From a virus (taxonomy: Duplodnaviria; Caudoviricetes), in the IMG/VR virus record IMGVR_UViG_3300011338_000551, positions 1-32,969 of that record: a stretch of 32,969 bases of DNA. One strand, given 5' to 3'. Positions 22,888 through 32,622 of the stretch are shown here, piece after piece. Under the pieces are notes generated by a model. It ran no database searches, was not told where the DNA came from, and saw only the letters and a program-made list of their open reading frames with translations. Position numbers and translations under genes: made by a program. The number at the start of each line of letters is the position of its first letter. Position 1 is the first letter of the stretch.

Positions 22888-23423
22888 CCGACGCAGCAGC
22901 ACCCAAGAAACGAAAGCCCAAGGCAGCCGCCAAGGGTGTTGTTGCGCCCGTCAAACGTCCAGTTGGTCGCCCCACGGTGTACCAGGACGAATTCGTGGAT
23001 ATGCTGATCGAATTTTTCAGCCAGGCGCCCACCAGGGAAGTGACCAACCGCGACGCCAAAGGAAACGAAACCACGCAAACCCTACCTGGGGTTTTCCCTA
23101 CGCTGGCGCGATTTGCCACAAACATCGGGGTGACAAAACACACCCTTCACGATTGGGCGACCGCGAAAGATATTCACACCGGTGAACTAAAGCACCCTGA
23201 ATTTTCCGATGCCTATAAAAGGGCCAAGGATTTACAAGAAGCAAATTTGGTGGAAGGCACGATAGCGGGCGCTTACAACAGCACGTTTGCCATCTTTACG
23301 GCCAAGAATGTTTTGGGCTGGCGCGACAAGATCGAACAGGAAATCACCGGCAAGGACGGCGCCGCCTTTGCTGGCATCCAGGTAACCTTCGTGACGCCCG
23401 ATGGAACAAACCCCGACAATTGA
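22884..23423 (+). CDS. terS: Terminase small subunit
   Basis: GRPTVY, HTH TLARFA..IGV...TLHDW, HPEFSDAYKRAK, AIFTAKNVLGWRDK; directly upstream of terL. Confidence 0.85.
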   Translation: MTDAAAPKKRKPKAAAKGVVAPVKRPVGRPTVYQDEFVDMLIEFFSQAPTREVTNRDAKGNETTQTLPGVFPTLARFATNIGVTKHTLHDWATAKDIHTGELKHPEFSDAYKRAKDLQEANLVEGTIAGAYNSTFAIFTAKNVLGWRDKIEQEITGKDGAAFAGIQVTFVTPDGTNPDN

Positions 23424-24684
23424 ACAAGCCGTTGCAAAGGCCGAATTTCCGGTCAAGTTGCAAGGACTATTCAAAAAGGCCCGTTACAAAGTTTGCCTGG
23501 GCGGCCGCGGCGGTGCAAAATCCTGGGGAATCGCCCGCGCTTTGCTTATCCTGGGGGCCAAAAGCCCGATCCGGATTTTGTGTGCGCGGGAATTCCAGGC
23601 CAGCATCAAGGATTCCGTCCACAAACTGTTATGCGACCAAATCGAGGCCCTGGGCTTGCTGCCCTTCTACGAGATTACGCAAACGTCGATCCGTGGCTTC
23701 AACGGTACGGAATTCGCATTCATCGGTCTGAAGAACAACCCGACCAACATCAAGTCATTCGAAGGTGTGGATATTTGTTGGGTGGAGGAAGCGCAGACCG
23801 TCAGCCGGTTGTCGTGGAACATCCTGATCCCGACGATCCGAAAGCAAAACAGCGAAATTTGGGTTTCGTTCAACCCTGACCTGGAAACCGACGAAACTTA
23901 CCAGCGGTTTGTTGTCAAACCCCCGCGGGATTGCATCGTCATGCGGATCAACTGGTCGGATAATCCCTGGTTCCCCGAAACGTTGCGCTTGGAAAAAGAC
24001 GCGCTGAAAGAACGCGACCTGAACGCATACAACCAGGTTTGGGAAGGAATGTGCCGCCGGTCGGTCGATGGCGCCATCTTTGGCAATGAAATGCAGCAAG
24101 CCGAGAATGACGGCCGCCTGACCAAAGTGCCATACGACCCGACCAAGCCGGTTCACGCGGTTTGCGACCTGGGTTGGTCGGACGCAACCGCCTGGTGGTT
24201 CGTGCAATTCATTGGCATGGAAACCAGGTTGATTCGGTACTTTGAAGGAAGCCAACGCACCATGACTTCGTACCTGGCACAACTTCAAACGTTTGGCTAC
24301 GTGTACGACACCATTTGGCTGCCGCATGATGCCGAAAACAAAACCCTGGCAGCAGCCGGTCGCACGATTGAGGAAATTGTGCGCCAGGCCGGATTCAAGA
24401 CCAGCGTTATGCCGCGGGTTCCGGTGGTCGATTCGATCAACGCGGCCCGCACCATCTTTCCCAACCTTTGGTTCGACCGCGAGAATTGCGCCGATGGCTT
24501 GAACTGCCTTCGCCATTACCGTTACGAGGTCGATCCCGAATCGGGCCAATTCAGCAAGTCACCATTGCACGACCAGTATTCCCACGGCGCCGACGCATTC
24601 CGATACATCGCGTTGATGATTAAAGAGCCGTCAACACGCAAAAAGCAGCGCGTGGTTGCCGAATCCGGTGGTTGGATGGGATAA
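23401..24684 (+). CDS. terL: Terminase large subunit (PBSX-like)
   Basis: Walker A GGRGGAKS, CAREFQASI.DS, Walker B ICWVEEAQ, SFNP, nuclease motifs DLGWSD and SHGADAFRY. Confidence 0.95.
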   Translation: MEQTPTIEQAVAKAEFPVKLQGLFKKARYKVCLGGRGGAKSWGIARALLILGAKSPIRILCAREFQASIKDSVHKLLCDQIEALGLLPFYEITQTSIRGFNGTEFAFIGLKNNPTNIKSFEGVDICWVEEAQTVSRLSWNILIPTIRKQNSEIWVSFNPDLETDETYQRFVVKPPRDCIVMRINWSDNPWFPETLRLEKDALKERDLNAYNQVWEGMCRRSVDGAIFGNEMQQAENDGRLTKVPYDPTKPVHAVCDLGWSDATAWWFVQFIGMETRLIRYFEGSQRTMTSYLAQLQTFGYVYDTIWLPHDAENKTLAAAGRTIEEIVRQAGFKTSVMPRVPVVDSINAARTIFPNLWFDRENCADGLNCLRHYRYEVDPESGQFSKSPLHDQYSHGADAFRYIALMIKEPSTRKKQRVVAESGGWMG

Positions 24685-24706
24685 TTTTAAAAAATAAGGG
24701 GCGAAT

Positions 24707-26923
24707 ATGTCAGATTACCAAGACCAATCAAGCGATCCACGCATCCAGGACGCAATCAAGTTTTTGCGCCTGGTGGGTGAAGCCGATTCGATGAACCGTT
24801 CGTCGGCCCTTCAAGATTTGAAATTCGCCGCGGGCGATCAATGGCCGGTCGAGATTCAAAACAGCCGCAACCTGGAAGCCCGCCCGTGCCTGACGATCAA
24901 CAAGATCGACGCATATTGCCGCCAGGTCGAGAATCAGCAGCGCCAGCAGCGCCCACGCATCAAGGTTCACCCCGTCAACAACGAAGGCGATTTGAAGGTC
25001 GCCCAGGTGATCGAAGGCATCACCCGTCACATTGAAGTCAACAGCAACGCCGACACCGCTTACGACACCGCGTTTGCCTACGCCGTGCGGATGGGTTGGG
25101 GTTACTGGCGCGTGGTGACCGATTACGTGCGCGAAGATTCGTTCGAACAGGAAATTTACATCGAGCCAATCGACGATCCGTTTTCCGTTTACTTCGATCC
25201 CAACAGCGTGGCGCCCGATGGTTCCGACGCTGAAAAATGCCTGGTGGCCAGCGTCATCCCCAAACACGTATTCCGGCAAATGTACCCAGGCGCCGACGAC
25301 GGCGTGGGATTCCAGCCCCGTGCGACCGGTGACAGCAGCGCCGAATGGGTGACAAAGGAAGACATACGCATCGCCGAATACTTCTACATTGACCGCAAAA
25401 AAGTTGACCTGGTGATGCTGTCCGACGGCACAAAAGATTGGGCCGACAAACTGCCGCCCAAAGAAGTGCTGGATGAAGCGGGCATCATTGAGGTCGAACG
25501 CCGCCCGTCCTACCGCAAGGTTGTGAAGTGGTGCAAACTGACCGCAATGGAAATCCTGGAAGAAAAGGAATGGGCGGGCAAATGGATTCCAATTATTCCG
25601 TGCTACGGCGCCCAGGTGACCATCGAAGGCAAGCGTAAAAAATACGGCCTGGTTCGCAATGCCAAAGACCCGCAGAGGATGTTTAACTTTTGGCGCACCA
25701 GCCTGACCGAATCCATCGCGCTGGCGCCCAAGGCTAAATGGTTGATGGCTGAAGGCCAGGACGAAGGCCACGAAAACGAATGGGCATTGGCCAACATCAA
25801 GTCAATGCCGGTTTTGCGTTACAAACAAACCGACATTGAAGGCCGCGTGGTTCCGCAGCCGCCGCAGCGTTTACAGCCTGAACCACCGCCCGCGGGCATC
25901 ATGGAAGCGGCCAGCGAAGTTGGCCAGGACTTGCAAACCGTGTTGGGAATCTTTGATCCAGCGCAGCAATTAATGGGCAACGTGTCGGGCAAAGCCTTGC
26001 AAGGCCAGCAGCAGCAAGTGGACATGAGCAATTTCCACTTCTACGACAACATGACGCGTTCGATCAAACACACCGGCAAAATCATCCTGGACTTGATCCC
26101 CAAGATTTACGACACCAAACGCGTGTTGCGAATCATTGGCGCCGATGGCAAGCCCGACCTGACAACCCTGAATGACCTTCAGGCCACCGGCGAAGTGCTG
26201 AACGACGTTACCGTGGGCGAATACGACGTGGTGATGGACACCGGCCCAGGCTACAACAGCAAGCGCATGGAAGCCGTGGAAGCCATGATGCCAATGATGG
26301 CGCAGAATGAAATTTTCCAGGTGGCGGGCGACCTATTGTTCCGCAACATGGATTTCCCTGGCGCCGACGTGATTGCCGACCGCCTGGCTGCCATCAACCC
26401 GCTGGCGCAGATCGACGAAAAGTCACCAATCCCGCCAGCCGTCCAAATGAAGTTGATGCAATTGCAGCAAACTGTCCAGCAGCAGCAACAGCAAATGCAA
26501 GCGATGGGCCTGGACATAAAGTATGGCGTGACCAAAGAAGGTGTGCGCCAGGAAGGCGAAACCCGCCGCGAACTTATCAAAGGCATTGCCAAGGCGCACA
26601 ACACCGAAACAATGGCCGAAGTCAAGGTCAACGACCAAAACACCAGGTCGATCACCAGCCAAAACAAAACGGAAATTGAAGCAATTGTCAAACTGTTGTT
26701 GGCCAATATGTCGCCAGGTGACTTGGTGCAAAAAATTGACCAAATGAACGCCGAACAATACGCGTTTTCCGAAGTGGCCGCCCAGGATATTCACCAGGGC
26801 GCCAGCCCGTTTATCGGGCAAATGGATATGGCGTCGGGCCTTCCTGGTCAAATGCCGCAGCAGCCCCAAATGGCGCCTGAAATGCAGCCGCAACAGCAGC
26901 CACAAATGGGAATGCCGCAATAG
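24707..26923 (+). CDS. Portal protein, P22 gp1-like
   Basis: FAAGDQW, RPCLTINKI, GWGYWRV, GLVRNAKDPQRMFN, SGKAL, GEYDVVMDTGP; Q-rich coiled-coil C-terminus. Confidence 0.92.
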   Translation: MSDYQDQSSDPRIQDAIKFLRLVGEADSMNRSSALQDLKFAAGDQWPVEIQNSRNLEARPCLTINKIDAYCRQVENQQRQQRPRIKVHPVNNEGDLKVAQVIEGITRHIEVNSNADTAYDTAFAYAVRMGWGYWRVVTDYVREDSFEQEIYIEPIDDPFSVYFDPNSVAPDGSDAEKCLVASVIPKHVFRQMYPGADDGVGFQPRATGDSSAEWVTKEDIRIAEYFYIDRKKVDLVMLSDGTKDWADKLPPKEVLDEAGIIEVERRPSYRKVVKWCKLTAMEILEEKEWAGKWIPIIPCYGAQVTIEGKRKKYGLVRNAKDPQRMFNFWRTSLTESIALAPKAKWLMAEGQDEGHENEWALANIKSMPVLRYKQTDIEGRVVPQPPQRLQPEPPPAGIMEAASEVGQDLQTVLGIFDPAQQLMGNVSGKALQGQQQQVDMSNFHFYDNMTRSIKHTGKIILDLIPKIYDTKRVLRIIGADGKPDLTTLNDLQATGEVLNDVTVGEYDVVMDTGPGYNSKRMEAVEAMMPMMAQNEIFQVAGDLLFRNMDFPGADVIADRLAAINPLAQIDEKSPIPPAVQMKLMQLQQTVQQQQQQMQAMGLDIKYGVTKEGVRQEGETRRELIKGIAKAHNTETMAEVKVNDQNTRSITSQNKTEIEAIVKLLLANMSPGDLVQKIDQMNAEQYAFSEVAAQDIHQGASPFIGQMDMASGLPGQMPQQPQMAPEMQPQQQPQMGMPQ

Positions 26924-26953
26924 TTGACAATGCAAATGATTTCGGTTAACAAT
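26924..26953 (+). promoter_or_regulatory. Possible promoter for scaffold/coat genes
   Basis: TTGACA at 26924-26929, then TAACAAT about 17-18 nt downstream. Confidence 0.45.
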
Positions 26954-26962
26954 TGACCAAAA

Positions 26963-26999
26963 CCTACCAATGGGTTTTCATTGGGTTGATTCGTAGGGA
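26963..26999 (+). promoter_or_regulatory. Leader stem-loop sequestering the scaffold RBS
   Basis: CCTAC/GTAGG outer and CAATG/CATTG inner pairings; AGGGA lies in the 3' arm just upstream of the ATG. Confidence 0.6.
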
Positions 27000-27004
27000 T
27001 ACGT

Positions 27005-27964
27005 ATGTCCGAAGTGCAAGAACGCGTCGCCGGTAACCTGGTGACGAGTGACAATTTAGCGGAATTCACCGCCCGTAAACTTGGATTAGTTGACGCGACG
27101 CCGGAAGCCACCGAGGCGCCAGCAGACGACGGGGAAACCCACGCTGCCGACGAGCCGGAAACCAGGGCCGATCAGAGTGATTCAGACGGGGAAGGGAATG
27201 AGGCGACCGTAGAAGACGATCAAAAGGAACGCAAGGCGAACCCGAAGATCGAAAGGCGCTTTTCAGAGATTACCAAACAACGCGAAGCCGCCAAGGCCGA
27301 AGCCCAAAGGGAACGCGAAGCAAGGGAAGCCCTGGAAGCCAGGTTGAAGGAACTGGAAACCAAAGTCAATCCACCGGCGAAAGCCCAGGACGACTTCGGC
27401 CCCGAACCCAAACCTGAAGAATTCAACGATATGTTCGAATACGCGAAAGCGTTGGCCGAATATACCGCTGACAAGAAATTGATGGAACGTGACAGGCAAG
27501 ATGCAGACCGCAAGGCCGCGGAAGCCAGGCAAACATTTGAAAAAGCCTGGGCCGACCGCGTGAATGCAGCGAGAAGCGAATTGCCGGATTTCGACGAGAT
27601 GGTTCAGTCAAGCGACGTGTCTATTTCAGACCCCGTGCGCGACGCGATCATGGAAAGTGATGTGGGGCCACAAATCCTTTATCACTTGGCCGAAAATCCC
27701 GACTTTGCTAAGAAACTTGGCGAAGGTTCAGTCATTTCAGCCCTTCGACAAATCGGCAGACTTGAGGCGCAGTTTGAGAAAACCGCCCCAAAAGCCAGCG
27801 CACCGGACGTAAAATCGACCGCGGTGAAATCAAAAGCGCCAGCGCCAATCAGCCCGATTCGCGGTGCGCTTTCCAAGACGGACAACAACCTGGATGCCGA
27901 CGGCAATTTCCACGGTACATTTGCCCAATGGAAAGCAGCCCGCCAAAACCGGCAGATTCGCTGA
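27005..27964 (+). CDS. Capsid scaffolding protein
   Basis: Acidic N-terminus, coiled coil (RFSEITKQRE), GPQILYHLAENP, IGRLEA, APAPISP; lies between portal and coat. Confidence 0.85.
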   Translation: MSEVQERVAGNLVTSDNLAEFTARKLGLVDATPEATEAPADDGETHAADEPETRADQSDSDGEGNEATVEDDQKERKANPKIERRFSEITKQREAAKAEAQREREAREALEARLKELETKVNPPAKAQDDFGPEPKPEEFNDMFEYAKALAEYTADKKLMERDRQDADRKAAEARQTFEKAWADRVNAARSELPDFDEMVQSSDVSISDPVRDAIMESDVGPQILYHLAENPDFAKKLGEGSVISALRQIGRLEAQFEKTAPKASAPDVKSTAVKSKAPAPISPIRGALSKTDNNLDADGNFHGTFAQWKAARQNRQIR

Positions 27965-27995
27965 CAATTAAACCCTTTTCAATTAGGAAAACAAA

Positions 27996-29240
27996 ATGTC
28001 TGGAAATAATTTACTGACGATTTCGAAAATCACCAACGAAGCGTTGATGGTTCTTGAAAACGAATTGACGTTCACAAACAACGTCACCCGCGAATACGAC
28101 GACCAATTTGCTGTCACCGGCGCCAAAATCGGTAACACTTTGAACGTCCGTCGTCCTGGCCGATTCATCGGCACAACTGGCCCCGCGCTGAACGTTGAAG
28201 ACTTCAACGAAACTTCCGTGCCAGTTACTTTGTCCACCCAATTCCACGTGGATACACAATTCACCACGGCCGATTTAGCACTATCTTTGGATATGTTCAG
28301 CGACCGCATCCTGAAGCCCGCTGTTGCTGCAATCGCCAACAAGATGGACTTGGACGGTTTGACAATGGCCAAAAACAACGTGGCCAACATCGTTGGAACC
28401 GCTGGTACGCCCCCAACTGGTTTGATTACATACCTGACTGCCGGTGCATACCTGGACAGCGAAGGCGCACCTCGCGACGGCCGCCGTTCATGCGTTGTGG
28501 AACCCTTCACTTCAGCGACCATCGTTGACAGCCTGAAAGGTTTGTTTGTTCCTTCCGACGTGATCGGCAAGCAATACACCAAAGGCATGATGGGCCGCGA
28601 TTCCGCTGGCATGAACTGGTACATGGATCAGAACGTTGTGAACCAAACTTTTGGTTCTTACAGCGGCAAGACCCTGACCGTTGACACCACTTCGTCGTCC
28701 TTTGGTATCGCTACCGGTTGGGCACAATTTGGTTCCGTTACCTTGACTGCATCGTCAGCATTGACTTTGAACCAGGGCGACGTGATCCAAATTGCTGGCG
28801 TTTACGCTGTCAACCCCCAAAACCGCGCTGCCTACGGTTCCGGCAAACTTCGCAACTTCGTTGTGATGGCCACGACCGCTGTTGCAACTGGTGGAACTGC
28901 CGTGACTGTATCGCCCGCGATCATCACCGGCGGCCAATTCCAAAACGTGACCGTGACTTCGACCAGCGCCACCGCTGCCGTGACACCGTTCAACAACACC
29001 GGCACAACCAGCCCGCAAAACTTGGTATTTCACAAGAATTTTGCGACCGTTGCAACGGCTGACCTTGAGTTGCCCGACGGGGTTCACTTTGCGGGCCGTG
29101 CGTCCGACAAAGACCTTGGCTTGTCCATCCGTGTTGTTCGTCAATACACGATCAACAACGACAGCATTCCGACCCGTTTGGACGTGTTGTATGGTTGGGC
29201 GCCTTTGTACCCCGAATTGGCTTGCCGCGTCGCAGCCTAA
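27996..29240 (+). CDS. Major capsid protein, P22 coat (gp5) family
   Basis: NLLT...ITNEAL.VLENEL, KIG.TL.VRRP, RILKPA.AAIAN, SIRVVRQY.I.ND....RLDVLYG. Confidence 0.93.
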   Translation: MSGNNLLTISKITNEALMVLENELTFTNNVTREYDDQFAVTGAKIGNTLNVRRPGRFIGTTGPALNVEDFNETSVPVTLSTQFHVDTQFTTADLALSLDMFSDRILKPAVAAIANKMDLDGLTMAKNNVANIVGTAGTPPTGLITYLTAGAYLDSEGAPRDGRRSCVVEPFTSATIVDSLKGLFVPSDVIGKQYTKGMMGRDSAGMNWYMDQNVVNQTFGSYSGKTLTVDTTSSSFGIATGWAQFGSVTLTASSALTLNQGDVIQIAGVYAVNPQNRAAYGSGKLRNFVVMATTAVATGGTAVTVSPAIITGGQFQNVTVTSTSATAAVTPFNNTGTTSPQNLVFHKNFATVATADLELPDGVHFAGRASDKDLGLSIRVVRQYTINNDSIPTRLDVLYGWAPLYPELACRVAA

Positions 29241-29247
29241 AGAAACG

Positions 29248-29267
29248 AGGGCGGCTTCGGTCGCCCT
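29248..29267 (+). other. Stable cUUCGg hairpin after the coat gene (mRNA stabiliser or weak terminator)
   Basis: AGGGCGGC-TTCG-GTCGCCCT, with no U-tract. Confidence 0.65.
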
Positions 29268-29295
29268 TCATTAAACCTAATTTGGAGAAATTAAC

Positions 29296-29718
29296 ATGAG
29301 CAATCCAGGGCCAGCATCAACCACCACGAATCACCCCACGAATTTGGCAACCAACCAGGCTTTGCGCCTGATTGCGTCAGCCCAGGGCGTGAACCTTAAC
29401 GCCGTCGCCGACACCATCGCGCCTATTTTGGCCAACGGTAGCGTCAGCGTTCAGAGCATCATCGTTGCCAACGCGTCCATCAACCTGACTACGGCCCAAT
29501 TGGCCGTTTACACAGGCCCAGGCGCGACCGGCACGGCCGTCAAATCCGCTTATGCCTTGACCGGAAACAGCGCAACCAGCAAAGTGGTTGTGACCGCTGC
29601 AACGTCAACCGACGCAGTAGCAACCACACCCCTTTACATTCGTTGCACGACCGCTCAGGGCGCAGCCGCAACCGCCGATGTTTTCATCTACGGTTACGAC
29701 CTGACATTCTTGCCTTAA
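29296..29718 (+). CDS. Putative capsid decoration protein
   Basis: GGAG RBS; A/T-rich beta protein directly after the coat gene; ends ATADVFIYGYDL. Confidence 0.65.
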   Translation: MSNPGPASTTTNHPTNLATNQALRLIASAQGVNLNAVADTIAPILANGSVSVQSIIVANASINLTTAQLAVYTGPGATGTAVKSAYALTGNSATSKVVVTAATSTDAVATTPLYIRCTTAQGAAATADVFIYGYDLTFLP

Positions 29719-29732
29719 TCGGGCATGAAGTG

Positions 29733-29767
29733 AAAAGAGGCCGCCCCCAAAAAGGGTGGCTTTTTTT
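29733..29767 (+). terminator. Rho-independent terminator
   Basis: GGCCGCCC-loop-GGGTGGCT followed by a T tract; preceded by an A tract. Confidence 0.8.
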
Positions 29768-29812
29768 CTATGGTCAGCACTATAATTTTGAAAACACGGG
29801 AAAGGGTTAAAA

Positions 29813-30154
29813 ATGGTCAATCTTTCAGCCATTAGAGCAAGCGGGCCGACCTACGCGCTTGACTTGACAACAGCAGCATCGGTGGCTTTGCAAATCGTGC
29901 CATCGACCAACGATCAAACAAACTACGTCAGTTTGTTGAATACCGGAACCGGCGTTGCAGCCATCGAAATGGCGCCCGAATCGGCCAACCTGGTGACGCC
30001 TAAAGTGGCAACCACCGGCACTTCCGGTTCCTTCGTGTTACCTGGCGGCATGAATTTTCCCATTGTGATCGCAGCCCCCAAAGGCCCGTTCTACATCAAA
30101 GGGATTAGCAGCGGCACAAACACACTTTACATTTGCCCCGTTCAAGCCGATTAA
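29813..30154 (+). CDS. Hypothetical virion protein
   Basis: 113-aa beta-rich ORF at the start of the fibre module. Confidence 0.7.
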   Translation: MVNLSAIRASGPTYALDLTTAASVALQIVPSTNDQTNYVSLLNTGTGVAAIEMAPESANLVTPKVATTGTSGSFVLPGGMNFPIVIAAPKGPFYIKGISSGTNTLYICPVQAD

Positions 30155-30163
30155 GGGGGCGCC

Positions 30164-32296
30164 ATGTCGAACAGCACCGCTGTTACGAACACGACGAACA
30201 TCAAACCGGTTCAGGGGCTTTTCAAACCTGAACCGACGTTTGACCTAATTGCGTTTGTTGGCCCCGCGGGAACTTTGTTTTTCCCACCGATCAGCCCGAT
30301 TCAGTCAGGGTTGACGATCACCAACAGCACCATTGATTCATCCGTCATTGGTGGAACCGCGCCAGCAGCCGGTTATTTCACCAGCATTTACGCTACCACC
30401 GGCCAGGTGGCCACCACGCCTTCAGCAGACACCGACATTGCCAACAAGGCTTACGTCGATTCCGTCGCCCAGGGCTTGGACGTTAAAGCATCGTGCGTTT
30501 ATTCGACCACAAACAACATCACGTTGTCCGGCCTGGCTGTCCAGGCTGGTGGCGATTGGGCAACCACGCTAACCGCGGGCGACCGCATCCTGGTTAAAAA
30601 CCAAACCAACCAGGCAGCCAACGGCATTTATGCAGCCAGCGCCAGCGGTTGGACACGCACCAGCGACATGAACACCTGGGCCGAAGTGCCAAGCGCGTTT
30701 ACGTTTATTGAATCAGGGACAACCCTAAGTGATACCGGTTGGGTTTGCACATCCAACCAGGGCGGCACAATTGACGTGACGCCAATCACCTGGTCGCAGT
30801 TTTCGGGCGCTGGTTCTTATTTGGCTGGCACAGGGTTAACCCTGACCGGCAACACATTCAGCATCACCAACACCGCGGTGACGGCTGCCGCATACGGTTC
30901 GGCTTCCCAGGTGGCCACGTTTACCGTGAACGCCCAGGGCCAATTGACCTTGGCGGCCAGCACCAGCATTGCCATTGCTGCCACGCAAATCACCAGCGGC
31001 ACGATTGACAGCGCCAGGTTGTCCGGTTCTTACACCGGAATTACCGGCCTGGGAACTTTGGCCAACTTGACGGTGACCAACACCATCACCGGTTCGGTGT
31101 CCGGCAACGCTGGCACGGCCACAAAGGCCACAAACCTGGCCAATGGTGCAGCCGGTTCGGTTCCTTACCAAAGCGCAGCCGATACCACCGCATTCCTGGC
31201 AGCCGGATCAAATGGCCAAGTGCTTACCTTGGCCGCGGGCATCCCTTCCTGGGCGACACCCACAACGGGAACCGTCACATCGGTGGCCCAAACATTCACC
31301 GGCGGAATCATTTCGGTTGGTGGTTCGCCAATTACCGGATCGGGAACGCTGGCGCTGACCATCGCGGGAACCAGCGGCGGCATTCCGTATTTTTCAAGCG
31401 GCACGACCTGGGCATCATCGGCGGCTTTGGCTGCCAATGCTTTGATGGTTGGCGGCGGGGCTGGCGCGGCCCCTAGCACGATTACGACCGGCACAGGGGT
31501 GGTTACAGCCCTGGGCGTGAATACGGGCAGCGCGGGCGCTTTTGTGGTCAATGGCGGGGCTTTGGGTACGCCATCAAGCGGCACAGTCACAAACCTGACC
31601 GGCACGGCTGCAATCAACATCACCGGCACGGCCAGCAACCTGGCTGGCGGCGCGGCGGCCAGCATCCCTTACCAATCGGCAACGGGTGTCACCGCGTTTT
31701 TGGCTTCGGCAGCCGGTGACGCAAACAAGGTGCTGCAATCGAACGGAACTTCGGCCCCGTCCTGGGTGACGCCCACCGCTTACGCGACCGTGACCGACGA
31801 CACGACAACCAACGCGGTGCGTTATCCGCTGTTTGCCAGCCAAACGACCGGTAACCTGGCCACCGAATACGTTTCGTCCACCAGGCTGCAATTTAACCCT
31901 TCAACGGGCGAATTCACGGCCACCGGATTTACGGGTTCGGGCGCCAATTTGACCAGCCTTCCCGCTGGCCAATTGTCCGGCACGATTCCTTCGGGCGTCC
32001 TGGGCAATTCAACGGTTTACATTGGCACGACTGCCATTGCGTTGAACCGCGGCAGCGCCAGCCAATCATTGACCGGCGTAAGCATCGACGGCAGCGCGGG
32101 AAGTGCAACAAACGCAACAAACGCAACGAATGTCGGCATCACGGACGACACCACCACGGCCGCGGATATGTACCCGACCTGGGTGACAACCACGACCGGA
32201 AACTTGCCGGTGAAGGTGTCATCGACTAAACTGAAATTCAATCCATCAACAGGCGTTTTGACAATGACCGGTGGAACTGGCGGGGGCAACTTCTAA
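30164..32296 (+). CDS. Long Gly/Thr/Ser-rich fibre protein with internal repeats
   Basis: ANKAYVD, GLDVKASC..NITLSG..GDRILVKNQT..NGIY domain; duplicated NLA.GAA.S.PYQSA and TDDTTT..YP....TGNL...SST.L.FNPSTG modules. Confidence 0.8.
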   Translation: MSNSTAVTNTTNIKPVQGLFKPEPTFDLIAFVGPAGTLFFPPISPIQSGLTITNSTIDSSVIGGTAPAAGYFTSIYATTGQVATTPSADTDIANKAYVDSVAQGLDVKASCVYSTTNNITLSGLAVQAGGDWATTLTAGDRILVKNQTNQAANGIYAASASGWTRTSDMNTWAEVPSAFTFIESGTTLSDTGWVCTSNQGGTIDVTPITWSQFSGAGSYLAGTGLTLTGNTFSITNTAVTAAAYGSASQVATFTVNAQGQLTLAASTSIAIAATQITSGTIDSARLSGSYTGITGLGTLANLTVTNTITGSVSGNAGTATKATNLANGAAGSVPYQSAADTTAFLAAGSNGQVLTLAAGIPSWATPTTGTVTSVAQTFTGGIISVGGSPITGSGTLALTIAGTSGGIPYFSSGTTWASSAALAANALMVGGGAGAAPSTITTGTGVVTALGVNTGSAGAFVVNGGALGTPSSGTVTNLTGTAAINITGTASNLAGGAAASIPYQSATGVTAFLASAAGDANKVLQSNGTSAPSWVTPTAYATVTDDTTTNAVRYPLFASQTTGNLATEYVSSTRLQFNPSTGEFTATGFTGSGANLTSLPAGQLSGTIPSGVLGNSTVYIGTTAIALNRGSASQSLTGVSIDGSAGSATNATNATNVGITDDTTTAADMYPTWVTTTTGNLPVKVSSTKLKFNPSTGVLTMTGGTGGGNF

Positions 32297-32619
32297 TGAC
32301 AACAAAATGGAAAATCCTGGGCATTGATTCACCCGATGGCGAACTGATTACCAGGGCAAAATACTTTGCAACCGTCGCCGATGGCGATTTGGTTGTTGAA
32401 ACGGAAGGTTTTTGGACGTTTCAAGAGCCAAAACTGAACGTCGCGTTTGCGAATGTGACGGAAGACATGATCGTGGCCTGGGTTCGGGCCGAAACAATGC
32501 AAGAGGGCGCCAACATGATTGAAAAGCGCCTGAACGAACAATTGGCCGCTTTGAAAGCGCAACGCGTCACACCGTTGCCCTGGGCGCCCCAAACGTTCAC
32601 ACCGGATTTGAAGGGATAA
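32296..32619 (+). CDS. Fibre-associated small protein (possible chaperone)
   Basis: Coupled to the fibre gene; KWKI..., FANVTEDMIVAWV, PLPW motifs. Confidence 0.7.
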   Translation: MTTKWKILGIDSPDGELITRAKYFATVADGDLVVETEGFWTFQEPKLNVAFANVTEDMIVAWVRAETMQEGANMIEKRLNEQLAALKAQRVTPLPWAPQTFTPDLKG

Positions 32620-32622
32620 AAA

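Noticed and set aside
24728-25771. 347-aa antisense ORF, and similar ones at 3259-4035, 7234-8082, 20263-20967 and 23755-24549
   Set aside because: These are shadows of well-supported sense genes with biased codon use, and show no recognisable motifs.
26450-26923. CAG/CAA-rich tracts as contingency microsatellites
   Set aside because: Mixed codons encoding the Q-rich portal C-terminus; not pure repeats.
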